Shown here: one piece after another, positions 40,363 to 56,830 of the stretch
Position numbering within the stretch: the stretch's first letter is position 1
How the letters are laid out: the number at the start of each line of letters is the position of its first letter
Assembly: GCA_963848295.1 (NCBI GenBank)
Contig: CAWKDB010000010.1
Coordinates: 2,976,001 to 3,040,000, forward strand
Source of the DNA: an uncultured delta proteobacterium
Lineage (GTDB): Bacteria > Myxococcota_A > Polyangia > Haliangiales > Haliangiaceae
Direction: 5' to 3'
DNA: 64,000 bases
Made by a program: the position numbers and the translations under genes
The notes under the pieces: generated by a model
Database searches by the model: none
What the model was told of the DNA's origin: nothing
Seen by the model: the letters and a program-made list of their open reading frames with translations, nothing else

Positions 40363-41475
40363 TCAGGGATCGACGTCGCGGTGGACACACGGATCGTTGT
40401 CGGGGTCGTGACCGCAGGCGAGCACGCCGGGCGAGTCGTCGTCGGGATCGACTCCCTTGTGCGGCCCTTCGAGCGTGTCTTCGGCATCGCCGCCGGTGGC
40501 GATCAGCTCCGCGCGTCGCTCCGGCGACAAATTCGGGATCAGCTCGCCGTTCGCGAGATGCGCGACGTAATACGCATCTTCGCGCCGCGGCTCGAGCTCG
40601 CCGCGATCGATCGCCGCTTCGAGCTCGCGCTTGAGGTCGCCGATCAACCGGCTCGGCGGCAACTCGAACGCCTGCATGATCGCGCTGCCGACCCCGCCGG
40701 GTAGCGGCGGTAGCTTCGCGTCAGCCTCGGCCAGCCGCTCGCAGCGATCCGAGAGCGCGCTGATCTGCGTGAGCAACTGTTGCCGGCGACCCGGACGCTT
40801 CGAGGTGATATCGGCGCGCGACAGATCGAGCAGATCGATGATGTGCGGTCCCATCTCGCGATGAAACCGGCGAACAGCGCTATCGGTCCAATGCTCGCCG
40901 TAGGCGTTCGTCCGCAGATGGTGGCGTACGAGAAACCGGATGGTCTGGCGATCGTCACGCGCGAAGCCGAACCGCCCGCTGATCTTGTCGAACATCCGCG
41001 CGCCGACCTCGGCGTGACCATGGAAGTGCACGCCGTGCGGCGTGAACGTACGGGTCGGTACCTTGCCGATGTCGTGGAGCAACGCGGCCCAGCGGACGAG
41101 CGGTCGCCGCACGGTCTGCTTGACGACTTGCTTGGTGTGCGCCCACACGTCCTTGTGCTGGCGCCCCTCTTCTTGAACGAGATTGACGGTTGCTTCGAGC
41201 TCGGGGAACAACACCGAGACGATGCCGGCCTGCTGGAGCCACTCGAGAGCGAGATCGACATCGCGCGCCATCAAGCCGGGCTCGAGAGCGATCCGCATCT
41301 TCGCTGGATCCGCATTCGCCAGGCGCGGAGCATGCTCGCGCGCTACATCGGTGATCGCGTCGGGCGGCGTTCGGCCCGACTCTGCGATCGCAGAGGCCAG
41401 CTCGAGCATCACCACCGGGTCGGCCTCGACGAGGCCCCGGACGCGATCTGCGGCTGTCCGGTCACCGGACGACAT
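40363..41475 (-). CDS. HD-domain protein resembling the C-terminal half of CCA-adding enzymes
   Basis: FPEL..Q...HKDVWAHT, AALLHDIGK, FHGHAEVGA, LSRADITS; no N-terminal nucleotidyltransferase motif visible. Confidence 0.85.
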   Translation of the reverse strand: MSSGDRTAADRVRGLVEADPVVMLELASAIAESGRTPPDAITDVAREHAPRLANADPAKMRIALEPGLMARDVDLALEWLQQAGIVSVLFPELEATVNLVQEEGRQHKDVWAHTKQVVKQTVRRPLVRWAALLHDIGKVPTRTFTPHGVHFHGHAEVGARMFDKISGRFGFARDDRQTIRFLVRHHLRTNAYGEHWTDSAVRRFHREMGPHIIDLLDLSRADITSKRPGRRQQLLTQISALSDRCERLAEADAKLPPLPGGVGSAIMQAFELPPSRLIGDLKRELEAAIDRGELEPRREDAYYVAHLANGELIPNLSPERRAELIATGGDAEDTLEGPHKGVDPDDDSPGVLACGHDPDNDPCVHRDVDP

Positions 41476-41517
41476 GGCGGCTCACTGCTACCACGAGTTT
41501 GGTACGGACCGTGCTCA

Positions 41518-41703
41518 ATGCGCGCTCGCGTGATCGGGCGAATCACAGAGCGACAGCTCCCGCAGGCCGAGCGATGCTTTCCCGGCATCTCTCGGTTCTA
41601 CGAGGAGCTCGACCGAAAACCCTCGACGTTCCTGGCGCTTGTCTGGGCGTTCGAAGGTCGGGGGATTGCCCGTGCACAACCTCGGAAGCGTCGGCGGCGC
41701 TAG
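41518..41703 (+). CDS. Small basic hypothetical protein (61 aa)
   Basis: MRARVIGRITERQLPQAERCFPGISRFYEEL...; fills the gap before murI. Confidence 0.55.
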   Translation: MRARVIGRITERQLPQAERCFPGISRFYEELDRKPSTFLALVWAFEGRGIARAQPRKRRRR

Positions 41704-41783
41704 CGCGTTACCCTGGCGACGTGCGAGTCCTTCTGGCAAGTTGAGTTGCCGGCTGTGACAGTGCGTCGCAATCCGGAGGCGCC

Positions 41784-42608
41784 ATGGGGCAAGAATCGAC
41801 GACCAAACGCCAGCCGATCGGCGTCTTCGACTCCGGCGTCGGTGGGCTCACCGTCGTGCGCGCATTGCGAGCGAGGCTGCCGGGCGAGGACGTCATCTAC
41901 CTCGGCGACACCGCGCGTGTGCCTTATGGAAGTAAGAGCCCGCGTACGATCGAAAAGTATTCGCTGACGTGTCAGCAGTTCTTGCTCGATCGCGGCGTCA
42001 AGCTCGTACTGATCGCCTGCAACACGGCGTCGGCCAACGCGCTGCCCGCACTTATCGAAGCGAGCCCGGTGCCGATCATCGGCGCGGTCGAGCCCGGTGC
42101 GACCGCCGCGCTGGCGGCGACCCGCGACGGCCACATCGGCGTGATCGGCACGCTCGGCACCGTGCGGTCGTCGGCCTACGAGCGCGCGATCGGTGCGCGC
42201 GATCCGAAGGCGAAGCTCACCGCGCTCGCGTGCCCGCTGCTCGTGCCGCTCGCCGAAGAAGGCTGGATCGACGGCGACATCGCAGCCCTCGTCGCGCGGC
42301 GTTATCTCGCCGAGTTGTTCGCGCGCGATCCGGCCATCGATACGCTCGTGCTCGGTTGCACGCACTATCCGTTGCTGCGCGACGTGCTCGCTGGCGTTGC
42401 CCGCGAGCTCGCGCACCACGACGTCGCGGTCGTCGACTCGGCGAGTGCGATGGCGGAAGCGGCGCGCGATGCACTCGGCAGCGGCGCAAATCGCCGGACG
42501 ACCGCCGGTCGACTCGACTGCTTCGCGACCGACACCTCGCGGCTCGACGAGCTCGCGCCGCGGTTCCTCGGCGAACCGCTCACCGGCTTCGAGCTGGTGG
42601 ACCTGTAG
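41784..42608 (+). CDS. murI: Glutamate racemase
   Basis: [28 protein letters not shown]. Confidence 0.97.
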   Translation: MGQESTTKRQPIGVFDSGVGGLTVVRALRARLPGEDVIYLGDTARVPYGSKSPRTIEKYSLTCQQFLLDRGVKLVLIACNTASANALPALIEASPVPIIGAVEPGATAALAATRDGHIGVIGTLGTVRSSAYERAIGARDPKAKLTALACPLLVPLAEEGWIDGDIAALVARRYLAELFARDPAIDTLVLGCTHYPLLRDVLAGVARELAHHDVAVVDSASAMAEAARDALGSGANRRTTAGRLDCFATDTSRLDELAPRFLGEPLTGFELVDL

Positions 42609-43103
42609 TTACCGCGCGACGATGCCGAGTGCGGCGAGCAGCTCACCAAGCTTGCGCTTCGCATGATGCAGCCGCGACCACACGGTACCTTCGGGAACAC
42701 CGAGCGTCTCGGCGATCTCGGTATGGGTGAGGCCGGCGATCGCGAACAACGACAGCACGAGGCGATGCTCGAACGAGAGCGATCCGAGCGCGCGCGCCAT
42801 CGCATCGACTTGCGCGTGATCGCCGAATGGATCGGCGGCGACTCCCGGCCACTGATCGTCCAGCGGGTCCGACGGCCGACGCCGAGCGCGGAGCTTGAGC
42901 GCGGTACGGATCGCGATGCGATGCACCCACGTCTTGACGCTCGCGTCACCGCGGAAGCTCGGTAGCGCTTGTGCGACCGCGAGGAACGTGTCCTGGAATG
43001 CATCCTGTGCGTCCGCGGAGTTGCTCAACAGGTTCACGCACAGTGCGTGGACGTGACGGTGGCACTCCCCATAAACCTGCTCGAATGCGGGCGGTGTTGC
43101 CAT
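42609..43103 (-). CDS. ECF sigma-70 factor
   Basis: DAQDAFQDTF..TWVHRIA; EIAETLGVPEGTVWSRLHHA. Confidence 0.9.
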   Translation of the reverse strand: MATPPAFEQVYGECHRHVHALCVNLLSNSADAQDAFQDTFLAVAQALPSFRGDASVKTWVHRIAIRTALKLRARRRPSDPLDDQWPGVAADPFGDHAQVDAMARALGSLSFEHRLVLSLFAIAGLTHTEIAETLGVPEGTVWSRLHHAKRKLGELLAALGIVAR

Positions 43104-43116
43104 CGTCAGGTGCGGA

Positions 43117-43782
43117 TCAGCTGGAGAGCAGCGCGCGCTCGCGGACGAGTCGGCGGTAACGAACGACGGTGATCGGTAACGGGATCGCGAGGCATGCGAT
43201 CTCGAGCACCAGGTACGGCAGTGCCGGCACGGTCAAGCCGATGTTGGTCAGATGGAACACGGCGAGCAGGAGCGGCAGCAGCCACCACGCTTGGCGCTCG
43301 GTTCGAATCCGGTGATCGAGCTCGGCCCGCAAGCCCGCGACTAGCGCGTCTCCCGAGCGCCGCTCAAGTGCCTTCAGCCCGGAGATTCGGCGGCGCAGGA
43401 TCAGTGCGAGCACCCCATAGCCGGCGATCGCGCCGACCGCCGCGCTGACGAGGCTGATGAGCACGCCGCGAACCGTGAACCCGCGCTCGCTGACAAGATC
43501 ACAGAGAGTGATGACGCCAGCGAGCAGCGGTATGACCGCCATCGTTCGCGCGGCCTGGCGGCGGAACTGGCCGATCCGATCGAGGAACGCGTCGGTGTCG
43601 AGCGGTGCTGGGGAATGCGCTAGCGTGGTCATCATCGCGGTGCTCACCTTTTCCGAGAGCGCGACATACGCGGTGCACGTGGCACACGCGGCGACGTGGG
43701 CGTCGAGCTCGGCGGCTGGCGTGGCGGCGGTCGCCCCGGCTTGCTGCTGGTCGTACGCGATCTGATAGTCGTCGCAGGTCAT
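43117..43782 (-). CDS. Zinc-binding (ZAS-type) anti-sigma-like membrane protein
   Basis: MTC..HVAACATC (HxxxCxxC) plus 4 TM segments; directly upstream of the ECF gene. Confidence 0.75.
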   Translation of the reverse strand: MTCDDYQIAYDQQQAGATAATPAAELDAHVAACATCTAYVALSEKVSTAMMTTLAHSPAPLDTDAFLDRIGQFRRQAARTMAVIPLLAGVITLCDLVSERGFTVRGVLISLVSAAVGAIAGYGVLALILRRRISGLKALERRSGDALVAGLRAELDHRIRTERQAWWLLPLLLAVFHLTNIGLTVPALPYLVLEIACLAIPLPITVVRYRRLVRERALLSS

Positions 43783-43796
43783 CGTCTCTGGTTGGC

Positions 43797-44009
43797 TTAG
43801 GGCCAACGCGTGGCCGTTTCCTTCAAGCGATTTTCTAATTTTCGCGCGTGCGCCAAGTACACGAGACCCCCCCGGTTTTCGGGAGCTACCGGCTCCGCGG
43901 TGCTTGCAGGCGCGATCGCGAGATCCGACTCCGGCGCTGCGAGGAGCTTTGCAGCACGCGGGCCGCACGCTACCAACGCTATCCCGAGTGCGAACACCGC
44001 CGGTTTCAC
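43797..44009 (-). CDS. Possible short or truncated lipoprotein
   Basis: VKPAVFALGIALVACG lipoprotein-like signal. Confidence 0.35.
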   Translation of the reverse strand: MKPAVFALGIALVACGPRAAKLLAAPESDLAIAPASTAEPVAPENRGGLVYLAHARKLENRLKETATRWP

Positions 44010-44025
44010 GCCGGCGATCTTAGCG

Positions 44026-44847
44026 CTAATGCCCGGGCTGGCTCGCATCGAGTAAGCGTGTCGCTTCAGCGACGTGCGAGCTCGCCTCGTCGCGCATCCG
44101 CCGGGTCGCGCGATCAGTATCGCGGTGGGCGAGCAGCGCTTTCGCGGCGACGAGGTGGCCGCGCGCCTGCTCGATGAGCGGCGGTACCACCTTACCGTTG
44201 AGCGTGCTGACCGAGAGCGAGTAGGCGCGTTCGGAATCGGCGTCTTGCCAAGCGCGCCGGTTCTCTTGCAGCGCCGCGGCGCATTCGCGCACCGCGGCAT
44301 CGCCGGCAAGCTCGTGGTCGTCGCGTGCGTGCTCGAGCAGCGCATGCGCGAGGAACAGCTCGTTGTCGATCATTCCGTACGCGGGGTGACTCGCTTCCGG
44401 GCGAGGCTCCGCGAACCACTTGATCATCATCGCCAGCTTGTCGAGCGCCAGGACCTTGAGCGGCGCGGGGTCGCTATCGCCGGTGGCGGGCCCGGGCTCG
44501 TCGTCGCGGATCCGTTCCATCGCTTCGGTCATCAGCGCGCGGGCGCGCCGCAACTCGCCCGCCTCGTCGAGGCGCGGATCGATCGCCGGCACAAGTCGCG
44601 CTGATCTGACGTGTCGCGATGCCATGTCGAGCTTCGTGATCAGGTCGTCGAATTCACCGCGCGGGATGCGGTCCATCGCTTCCCTGAGCACCGGGATCGT
44701 CGCGAAATACGCCTGCGCCTCGCGCAGCGCCACGACCGCGGCGCCGTAGCCGCGCAGTGCGTTCGGCTGTGGTGCGACGTTACGAGGCGGAACCGCCGCC
44801 TGACCACACGCCATCACGACCGCGAGCGCCAAGCGCGCGGCCCGCAT
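44026..44847 (-). CDS. Hypothetical helical lipoprotein
   Basis: VMAC lipobox-like signal. Confidence 0.65.
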   Translation of the reverse strand: MRAARLALAVVMACGQAAVPPRNVAPQPNALRGYGAAVVALREAQAYFATIPVLREAMDRIPRGEFDDLITKLDMASRHVRSARLVPAIDPRLDEAGELRRARALMTEAMERIRDDEPGPATGDSDPAPLKVLALDKLAMMIKWFAEPRPEASHPAYGMIDNELFLAHALLEHARDDHELAGDAAVRECAAALQENRRAWQDADSERAYSLSVSTLNGKVVPPLIEQARGHLVAAKALLAHRDTDRATRRMRDEASSHVAEATRLLDASQPGH

Positions 44848-44851
44848 CAAC

Positions 44852-45451
44852 TCACGAAGCCGCGATGCCCTTGGTGCGGGCTTCTTCGGCCTTGTGCTTG
44901 CGCATCGCGTCCATCACGGTCGCGGCCTTCTTGAGCTTGTCGCCGATCGTCTTTTCGTCGACCGGATACTCGGTGCGGAACACCAAGCCGTCGTCGAACA
45001 GCTGTTCGCGCGCCTCTTCGTCGTCGAGGTAGAGCGCGAGCTTCTTGCCCTTGTACGCCGACGTCCGCAGCGTCGTGATCTTCTTCTCGAGCCAGGTCAT
45101 GAGCTCGCCCATGATCGACTTGCAGAGCTTGAGGTTCTCGTCGAGACCCTCGAACAGCTCCGGGAAGCGCTCGCGGAACGCTTGCTCGTCCTCACCCTTG
45201 TCGAGCCCCTTGTGCAGCGCGAGCCGCAGCAGGACCGCGTCGTCGACGTAGCTGACGACGGCGTCGCTACGGTCGGAGACCGCGTCCTTCGGGGACACGA
45301 CGTAAATCACGACGCCGGTCGCCAGCTCGCGCACTTGGCGCGGCAGGTTCTCGTCGTCCATGGCGTCGAACGCGATCTTGAGGTCGTGAGGCAGAGAGAC
45401 CAACCAAGCACGAACGAGCTCTACGAACTTCGACTCCGCTGTAATCGTCAC
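44852..45451 (-). CDS. DUF1232/YkvA-like protein
   Basis: YVVSPKDAVSD....SYVDDAVLL motif. Confidence 0.75.
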   Translation of the reverse strand: MTITAESKFVELVRAWLVSLPHDLKIAFDAMDDENLPRQVRELATGVVIYVVSPKDAVSDRSDAVVSYVDDAVLLRLALHKGLDKGEDEQAFRERFPELFEGLDENLKLCKSIMGELMTWLEKKITTLRTSAYKGKKLALYLDDEEAREQLFDDGLVFRTEYPVDEKTIGDKLKKAATVMDAMRKHKAEEARTKGIAAS

Positions 45452-45577
45452 GGGATATGCCTACCCCGCGCGCGCGGGGCCTCCAAATCAAGCTTCGAGA
45501 GTGAAGCCCAAGCGAGGTGAGTACCAACCCTGCGACGGAATTACAAGTCTGGCCCGCCGTGGTACCCTCGGATCGCG

Positions 45578-47113
45578 GTGGCCAAGCGTTCACCCATCCT
45601 CGGGTACAACCACAACGTCCGCTACCGGGGGCTGGTCTTTCACGTCCAGACCGAAGACTCGGGCGTGATGAGCCCGCACCTGTTCACCCACCTGTTTCAC
45701 GGGGGGGTGATCGTCTCGACGCGCAAGCTGGTTTATGACGCAGGCTCCGGCGAGGAATCCATCAAATCGCTGATGCAGGCGCAGCACAAGGCGGTGCTCA
45801 AAGACCTGCGGCGACACAAGTTCGACGACAAGATCGACGAGTACCTGGGGACCACTCCCGGCCTGCTGCCGCGCGAGGCCGCCGAGGAGGATCTCACCGA
45901 TGACGCGATCGAAGAGGCCACCCCGCCGCCTTTGCCTCCGTCGGCCGCGTCGAGCTCGTCCAAGATTCCGACCCAGCGACCGATTCCGACCCCGCCATCG
46001 CTGCCGGCGTTCAAGCCGCCGACCGTGCCTCCACCGGCGATGCCATTCGGCAGCCCGGCCATCGACCGAGTGCCCTCACCGTCGCAGGTCCGGTTTCGCA
46101 AGACCCCCGCGGACGACGCGACAATCCCAGACGTCGGCGGCGCGGTGGCCGAAGCGATGGCGATGGGCGCGGCGACGATTCCGACCGCGATGCCGGCCAT
46201 GGCGCGCGCGCCGACTCCGCCGCGGGTCTCCGCGCCGTCGCGAACGAGCGGGGGCGCCGTTCAACGGCCCAGCCTCGATGACGACGAGGCACGCGGTCGG
46301 TCCCCGCGCGATACCGCGGTCGAGCCGATGATGCTCGACGACAACACGCGGCCTACATCGGCGAGCGATGGGATCCCGCGCGCCGCGTCCGACCCGGCGC
46401 AACCCGGCGTGCCGGGCGAGCTGCGCAACCGGCCGGCCACTGCGGATCAATCGCGTCCGAACGCCGCGCTCGCCGCCGGCGCCCTGCCCGCCGCTCGCCC
46501 GGTGACCCGCCCGCCGTCGCGTCCTGCGATCGTGGCGCCGACCGTGATGTCGCGGCCGCTGCCCGCTGAAGAGCGCCGTCGGCCCGAGAGCGATGCGATC
46601 GAAGTCTATGCACCGGCACCGGCCGGCGTCGATCCGCCGCCGGGTGAGCGCACCGAACGGCCGGGCCAGTACTCGGTGCGCAAGGGTGGGGCGTCGGCGG
46701 ATGTGCCGATGCGCGAGCGCACCGGCCGGATCTCGGCGCTCCCGAGTAATCGTGTGCCGACCGGTGGTGCGACGTCCGATTCGAGCGGTGCGCGAGTCGC
46801 CGCCCCGGTCGCGAAGGAACCATCGGCCGAGATCAAAGCGACGCGCGCACCGACGCCGTCGCGGGTCGCGCCGCACGCGACGACGCCGATCGCGAGCCGC
46901 ACCGGAACCGGCCAAGGCGCACCGGGGAGCGGCGGCGTCGTGATGACGCGCCCGGCGGTGATCGTCGGTGCGCCGCAGCGGCCGTCGCAACCGCCCCGGG
47001 TGCGCAAGGCGCGCGAAGACGAAGGCCGCGGTTTCGGTCAGGGCTTGATCTCGGAGAAGTCGCTCGACGAGGTCATCCTCGCCTACCTGTCCGAAGACGC
47101 CGAAGAGAAGTGA
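45578..47113 (+). CDS. Myxobacterial-type hypothetical protein (globular N-domain, Pro-rich linker, short C-terminal motif)
   Basis: LGYNHNVRYRGLVFHVQTEDSG..; ends ISEKSLDEVILAYL. Confidence 0.8.
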   Translation: MAKRSPILGYNHNVRYRGLVFHVQTEDSGVMSPHLFTHLFHGGVIVSTRKLVYDAGSGEESIKSLMQAQHKAVLKDLRRHKFDDKIDEYLGTTPGLLPREAAEEDLTDDAIEEATPPPLPPSAASSSSKIPTQRPIPTPPSLPAFKPPTVPPPAMPFGSPAIDRVPSPSQVRFRKTPADDATIPDVGGAVAEAMAMGAATIPTAMPAMARAPTPPRVSAPSRTSGGAVQRPSLDDDEARGRSPRDTAVEPMMLDDNTRPTSASDGIPRAASDPAQPGVPGELRNRPATADQSRPNAALAAGALPAARPVTRPPSRPAIVAPTVMSRPLPAEERRRPESDAIEVYAPAPAGVDPPPGERTERPGQYSVRKGGASADVPMRERTGRISALPSNRVPTGGATSDSSGARVAAPVAKEPSAEIKATRAPTPSRVAPHATTPIASRTGTGQGAPGSGGVVMTRPAVIVGAPQRPSQPPRVRKAREDEGRGFGQGLISEKSLDEVILAYLSEDAEEK

Positions 47114-47373
47114 CCGTGGCCGCCGAGGTCAAGATCTACACGCGCAAGTGGTGCGGCTACTGCACCGCCGCGCTCGGTCTGTTGCGCGGTAAGCAGGTCG
47201 CGTTCGAGGAGATCGATTGCACCGGCGACGACGTCAAGCGGCGCTGGCTCGCCGAAGCGAGCGGACAATCGACGGTGCCGCAGATCTTTATCGACGGGTC
47301 GCCGGTCGGCGGGTTTTCGGAGCTGCAGGCGCTCGATCACTCGGGGAAGCTCGACGAGCTGCTGCGGCATTGA
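47110..47373 (+). CDS. grxC: Glutaredoxin 3
   Basis: CGYC, TVPQIFI, GG. Confidence 0.9.
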   Translation: MTVAAEVKIYTRKWCGYCTAALGLLRGKQVAFEEIDCTGDDVKRRWLAEASGQSTVPQIFIDGSPVGGFSELQALDHSGKLDELLRH

Positions 47374-47725
47374 TCGCGAGCTGCTTCGGTGCGATCGCGC
47401 GATAGCTCTCGTCGATCCACTCGCACAGCAGCTCGACCGGCGGCGCGTCCTTCGCGTCGAACGCGGCGCTGACCCAACCCGCTTTGCCGAGGCCGTAGCC
47501 GGTCGGTTGTGCGAACGGTAGCAACAGCGCGACGCCGTGCGACTGCGGCAGCTTCGCGCTCAGCGATAGCTTGTCCGGGTCCGAGTACATGAACAAGAAC
47601 ACTTTGCCCTTCACCTTGATCGCGCGCTCGCCCCACGGGAAGTGCTCGGTCGCTTCGGGCTTCGCCATCGCGTACTTGCGCAGCGCGGTCTCGATCGTGG
47701 CGTGGGCGGTCTTGGACTTGGGCAT
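47288..47725 (-). CDS. MmcQ/YjbR family protein
   Basis: [33 protein letters not shown]; tail overlaps grxC convergently. Confidence 0.85.
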   Translation of the reverse strand: MPKSKTAHATIETALRKYAMAKPEATEHFPWGERAIKVKGKVFLFMYSDPDKLSLSAKLPQSHGVALLLPFAQPTGYGLGKAGWVSAAFDAKDAPPVELLCEWIDESYRAIAPKQLAINAAAARRASPSDRAPAAPKTRRPATRR

Positions 47726-47730
47726 TGCGG

Positions 47731-48650
47731 CTATTCTTCCTCGGGCTCGGGCTGATCGACCTCGGGATGGTCTTTGCGATACTGCGTCATCCACTCGGCG
47801 AGCTTGGGCATCGACACGTCGAGGCGGTGCGAGCCTTCGCGCTCGCGCGCTTGCCGCCACGAGAACAACGCCTCGTCGGCATCGCCGCGGTTGGCGTAGG
47901 CCCACGCGCACAGCAGCAACAGATCGGCGCCGGCGGTCATGCCGAGGCCTTTGCGCCGGCGATCGTCGAGCTCACCGTCGTCGAGCGCGAGCTTGCCTTC
48001 GGCGACGCCGAGGTGCATCTGCGCGATCCAGTACGACAGCTTCAACACCTCGCCGGTCGGCATCGGCGTACGCGCCTCGAGCACGGCGCGCGCTTCCTTG
48101 AGCCGGCCGAGGGCGACGAGCAGGTTGATCTCGGTGTAATAGGAAAACTGGTGCTGGATCAGGCGCGGTGATAGCCGCGCGCGCGCCCGGCGCACGCGAT
48201 CGAGCGCGACCTCGGGCTTGCCGTCTAGCAGATCCGCGATCGCGACGCGGAGGTCGGCGAGCGCACGCACGCGACCGGGCACCCACCACGCGCGCGTGAT
48301 CGGCTCGGCGAGCGCCCGCCCGCCGGCGGAGTCACCGCGCGACAACGCGACGCTCGCTTCGTTGACCTTGCGCACCGAGCGGCCGGTCCCGACGAACCGC
48401 CCGGCGAGCACGAGGTAGAACGGCACGAGCACCGGGAACGACGTCGCCGCGAGCGTGAACCCGGCCGCGAACATCGTGCCGATCGTCGCGTAGGCGAACA
48501 GCTGGCGATTGCGCACGCTCGACGGGTGCTTGACCTCACCGTCGCGTCCGACATAGACGAGCTGGCCTTTGCCGGCGCGATCGAGGTCGGTCGCGATCAT
48601 CGGCCGGGCCTGAACCAGCGCGAGCTCGTCTTTCCCGGACCCGTCCCCCA

Positions 48651-48651
<1 letters not shown>
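47731..48651 (-). CDS. Hypothetical 2-TM protein with TPR-like region
   Basis: ATG 48651 overlaps the cysS stop; two TM segments followed by helical repeats. Confidence 0.75.
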
Positions 48652-50162
<1,511 letters not shown>

Positions 50163-50179
50163 CGCTCTGGGTTGTAGCA

Positions 50180-53100
50180 CTACCGCCAGGTCAGCGCGGA
50201 CGGTCCGAGGTCGGCGCTCGCGTTCGTCAGCTGATCGAGCCACGCTCGGGTCTCGGCCGCGGTCGCCGGCAGCGCGAGGTTCCATACGAAGAAGCTCGTG
50301 TCGACCTGGGCGGCGATCTTCGTGCCATCGCGCGAGATCCGCACGGCGGAGGTGTGGAGCTGGCGATCGTCCGGGATGAACGGCCAGTGGGTCCCCGAGA
50401 TCAGGTCGAAGAGGCCGACGCCCCGGCCGGTGGGGAAGGCGGCGAGCCCGCGCTGGGGCGAGCTGATGACGTTCCGCGTGCCCGCCGGGATGCACGCGCT
50501 CGGCGGCGAGCTCCCGTCCGCCGGCATCAGATAAGCCGCACCGTCGACCGTGGTGATGATCAGCTCGCGTTCCGGGTCGAGGGTCAACACCGAGGCCACC
50601 AACGTCGGCAAGGTCGCGAGCGTCGTCACCCGGCCATCGCGTTCCCAGCGCAGCGCGCGCTTGCCATCCGGTACCAGCACCGCCCCGTTGTTGTCGAGGT
50701 CGAGCTCGATGTTGGTCGCGGCCGGTTCGAGCCGCGTCGTCTCGACCGCGTTCGTCGTGCGGTCGAGGCGCCACAGCGTTCCGTCGGCGTACGCCGCCGC
50801 GACGCGATCGCCGCGCAGCGCGATCGCGATCGGCACCGCCTTGCTCGCGTACAACGTGGTCGAAGCACCATCGGCGAGCGAATACGCGATGATCTGGCCG
50901 GCGCCGTTGGCGTATGCCAGCCACGTTTCACCCATCACGGCGAGGTGCGCGTCGCTCGCGATCTTCGTCGCGCGGCCGCCGCCGCGGTGGAACACGTACA
51001 GCGCCGAGTCGGCCGACAGAATGTATCCGCTATCGCCGCGCACCGCTTGGTCGGCGTCGCCGACCGGCGTGAGGCGACCGAGATCGATCGACGCGAACCT
51101 CTTGGTGTCGGTATCGAGCCAGCTCCACTCACCGCGCAACGGCCCGACAAAATCGTGATCGCCGGCATCGGCCTCCACCGAGAACCCGGGATACACCGCG
51201 GTGTCCGGGAACATCGCCGCGAGGTCATATGCGAAGACGCGTCCCGTCGACGCCGCGAGCACGTAGCGGCCGCCGCGCGCGCTCAGGCGGTCGATCCGCT
51301 CGGCCGGAAGCACGATGTTGATCGCGTGGAACAGGTCGACGACGCGCAGCACGTTGCCGCTCGACCCCACGACATTTCCCGCATACCCCGCAACGATGTC
51401 AAGATTGGCGACCGGGTCGGTAAGTCGCGTGACCATTCGCCCGTCGGCATACGCGATCAGTCCCGCATCCCCGATGACGAACAGGACACCGCTGGACGCG
51501 AACACCGGGGCGTTGAACCGCGCCGGACTCGCGATCCACCTCACCGGCGCATTCGCTGCCGTGGTCGCGACGATCGCGACCTTGTTCGCGGCACCTAACG
51601 CGACGGCATCCGACGAAGGAGCCCAGGCCGAGATCCCGAGCACACCGCTCACGACGCGCCGCGGTGAAGCCAGCGCATCGACGTCGGCGAGCCACGCACC
51701 AACGCTGTCGATCAGTAACACGTGCGCGTGGTCGGGCGAGATCGTGATCCGCCACGTGCCGTTCGCGGCCGCGACGCGCTCGTCGGTGCCGGTCGCGAGA
51801 TCGAGTCGATACACCTCGGTCGCGCTGGCCCACCACATGTAGCGCGCGGTCGCGTCTAGCGCCTTGATCGGCTCGGGCACGTCGAACGTGCGGCTCGAGC
51901 GATCCGCGAGGTTCACGACCGTCACACGACTCGGTCCAGACACCAGCAAGTGGTCGTCACCCGCGAAGATCACGCTGCTGTAGACATAGGGACCGAGCTT
52001 GGTCGCGTGGTGAGTCGCGAGCTCGTACACCCACACGTCGCCGGTCAAGCCCATCGCGACGGCGCGCGACCCCGACGGCGACATCACGAGCTCTGCCACG
52101 TGGGCCGGGCCCTCGTAGCCCCACGCGACGCCGTCGACATTCGCTTCGGCGACGACCGCGCGCGCCTGACGCCACCACTTGTTCCAGCGCTCCGGCGAAG
52201 TCGCGATCTGCTTGATCATCGCGACCGCCGCGGTCGGGCTCGTGCGCGCGAGCTGTTGCGCCTGATAGATGAGCAGCTGATCGGCGCGGTCGCGCTCCGC
52301 TGAGCGTGCTTGCTCGGCGTCGTGCATGCCACGCGTCGCGCGCGCAGCCTCGGCATCTGCTCGATCGCGTTCGTCGATCACCCGGCCGATCGCGATCCAC
52401 GAGCCGATCGCGATCGCGGCGAGCGCGAGCCCCGCGATCGCGACCGCCGCGCGATGCCGCCGGACGAGCCGCATGAACCGCTCGCGGCGAGAATAGCGAT
52501 GCGCGCCGACGAGCTGGCCGGCGAGAAAATGCTCGAGGTCCTCGGCGAGTGCCGCGGCATCGCGGTACCGCACGCTTTGATCGTACGCGAGCGCTTTGTC
52601 GACGATGGTCGCGAGCTCGGCGGGGACGCCGGGGACGAGCCGGCCGAGTGGCTCCGGCGGGCCGCGCTCGGCCGCGATCAGCGTCTCGTCGCTAGAGCCC
52701 GTCGAATGGGGCGGCTTGCGAGCGAGCGTGTAGTACAGCGTCGCGCCGAGCGCGTAGACGTCGCTGCCTGCATCGACCGGCTCGCCGCGGATCTGCTCCG
52801 GCGGCATGAAGCCCGGCGTGCCGAACACCGTGCCGATCCGCGTGCGGAGCGAATCGCCGGCGACCGGTGGACCGGCCTCGGCGACGTCGGCTTCGTCGGG
52901 CTCGCCCACGACCTTCGCGAGCCCCCAATCGATCACGACGGTCTCGCCGAGATCGCCGATCAAGATGTTCGTCGGCTTGATGTCGCGATGGATGACGCCC
53001 CGGCGATGCGCGTGCGCGATCGCATTCGCGGTCGCGACGAGGTTCGGCAGCAGCGCGAGCCGCTTCGCGAGCGTATCGGCCTCGAGCACGAGCTCTTCGA

Positions 53101-53461
53101 GCGGCCGGCCGGAGACCTTGCGCATGACGTAGAACGGCGAGCCGTTCGCCGACTCGCCGGCGTCGTGGATCGGCACGATCGACGGATGCTCGAGCCGCGC
53201 GGTGATCCGGATCTCGCGGCGAAATCTGCGGAGCGCATCGTCGCTATCGGCGAGCGCTTCCTTGACCGCCACGGTGCGGCCGAGCTTCGTGTCGAACGCC
53301 TCGACCACTCGCCCCATGCCGCCGCGCGCGATCTCGCAGCCGACCTCGTAGCGCTCGGGCGGCGCGCTCGCGGGCCTCTCGGGCTCGGCCTCGGGGCGGC
53401 TGCCTCGGCCACGATCGACCACCGTCGGCAACGATGGATCGGATTCCTTCGGGCCCGCCAC
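50180..53461 (-). CDS. Ser/Thr protein kinase with TM and WD40-like beta-propeller
   Basis: [36 protein letters not shown]. Confidence 0.95.
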   Translation of the reverse strand: MAGPKESDPSLPTVVDRGRGSRPEAEPERPASAPPERYEVGCEIARGGMGRVVEAFDTKLGRTVAVKEALADSDDALRRFRREIRITARLEHPSIVPIHDAGESANGSPFYVMRKVSGRPLEELVLEADTLAKRLALLPNLVATANAIAHAHRRGVIHRDIKPTNILIGDLGETVVIDWGLAKVVGEPDEADVAEAGPPVAGDSLRTRIGTVFGTPGFMPPEQIRGEPVDAGSDVYALGATLYYTLARKPPHSTGSSDETLIAAERGPPEPLGRLVPGVPAELATIVDKALAYDQSVRYRDAAALAEDLEHFLAGQLVGAHRYSRRERFMRLVRRHRAAVAIAGLALAAIAIGSWIAIGRVIDERDRADAEAARATRGMHDAEQARSAERDRADQLLIYQAQQLARTSPTAAVAMIKQIATSPERWNKWWRQARAVVAEANVDGVAWGYEGPAHVAELVMSPSGSRAVAMGLTGDVWVYELATHHATKLGPYVYSSVIFAGDDHLLVSGPSRVTVVNLADRSSRTFDVPEPIKALDATARYMWWASATEVYRLDLATGTDERVAAANGTWRITISPDHAHVLLIDSVGAWLADVDALASPRRVVSGVLGISAWAPSSDAVALGAANKVAIVATTAANAPVRWIASPARFNAPVFASSGVLFVIGDAGLIAYADGRMVTRLTDPVANLDIVAGYAGNVVGSSGNVLRVVDLFHAINIVLPAERIDRLSARGGRYVLAASTGRVFAYDLAAMFPDTAVYPGFSVEADAGDHDFVGPLRGEWSWLDTDTKRFASIDLGRLTPVGDADQAVRGDSGYILSADSALYVFHRGGGRATKIASDAHLAVMGETWLAYANGAGQIIAYSLADGASTTLYASKAVPIAIALRGDRVAAAYADGTLWRLDRTTNAVETTRLEPAATNIELDLDNNGAVLVPDGKRALRWERDGRVTTLATLPTLVASVLTLDPERELIITTVDGAAYLMPADGSSPPSACIPAGTRNVISSPQRGLAAFPTGRGVGLFDLISGTHWPFIPDDRQLHTSAVRISRDGTKIAAQVDTSFFVWNLALPATAAETRAWLDQLTNASADLGPSALTWR

Positions 53462-53470
53462 CCGGCGATC

Positions 53471-56812
<3,342 letters not shown>

Positions 56813-56830
56813 GCGCCGAGTATAGCGTCC

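Noticed and set aside
47110..47373. Second selenoprotein (glutaredoxin)
   Set aside because: Active site is CGYC with ordinary Cys codons
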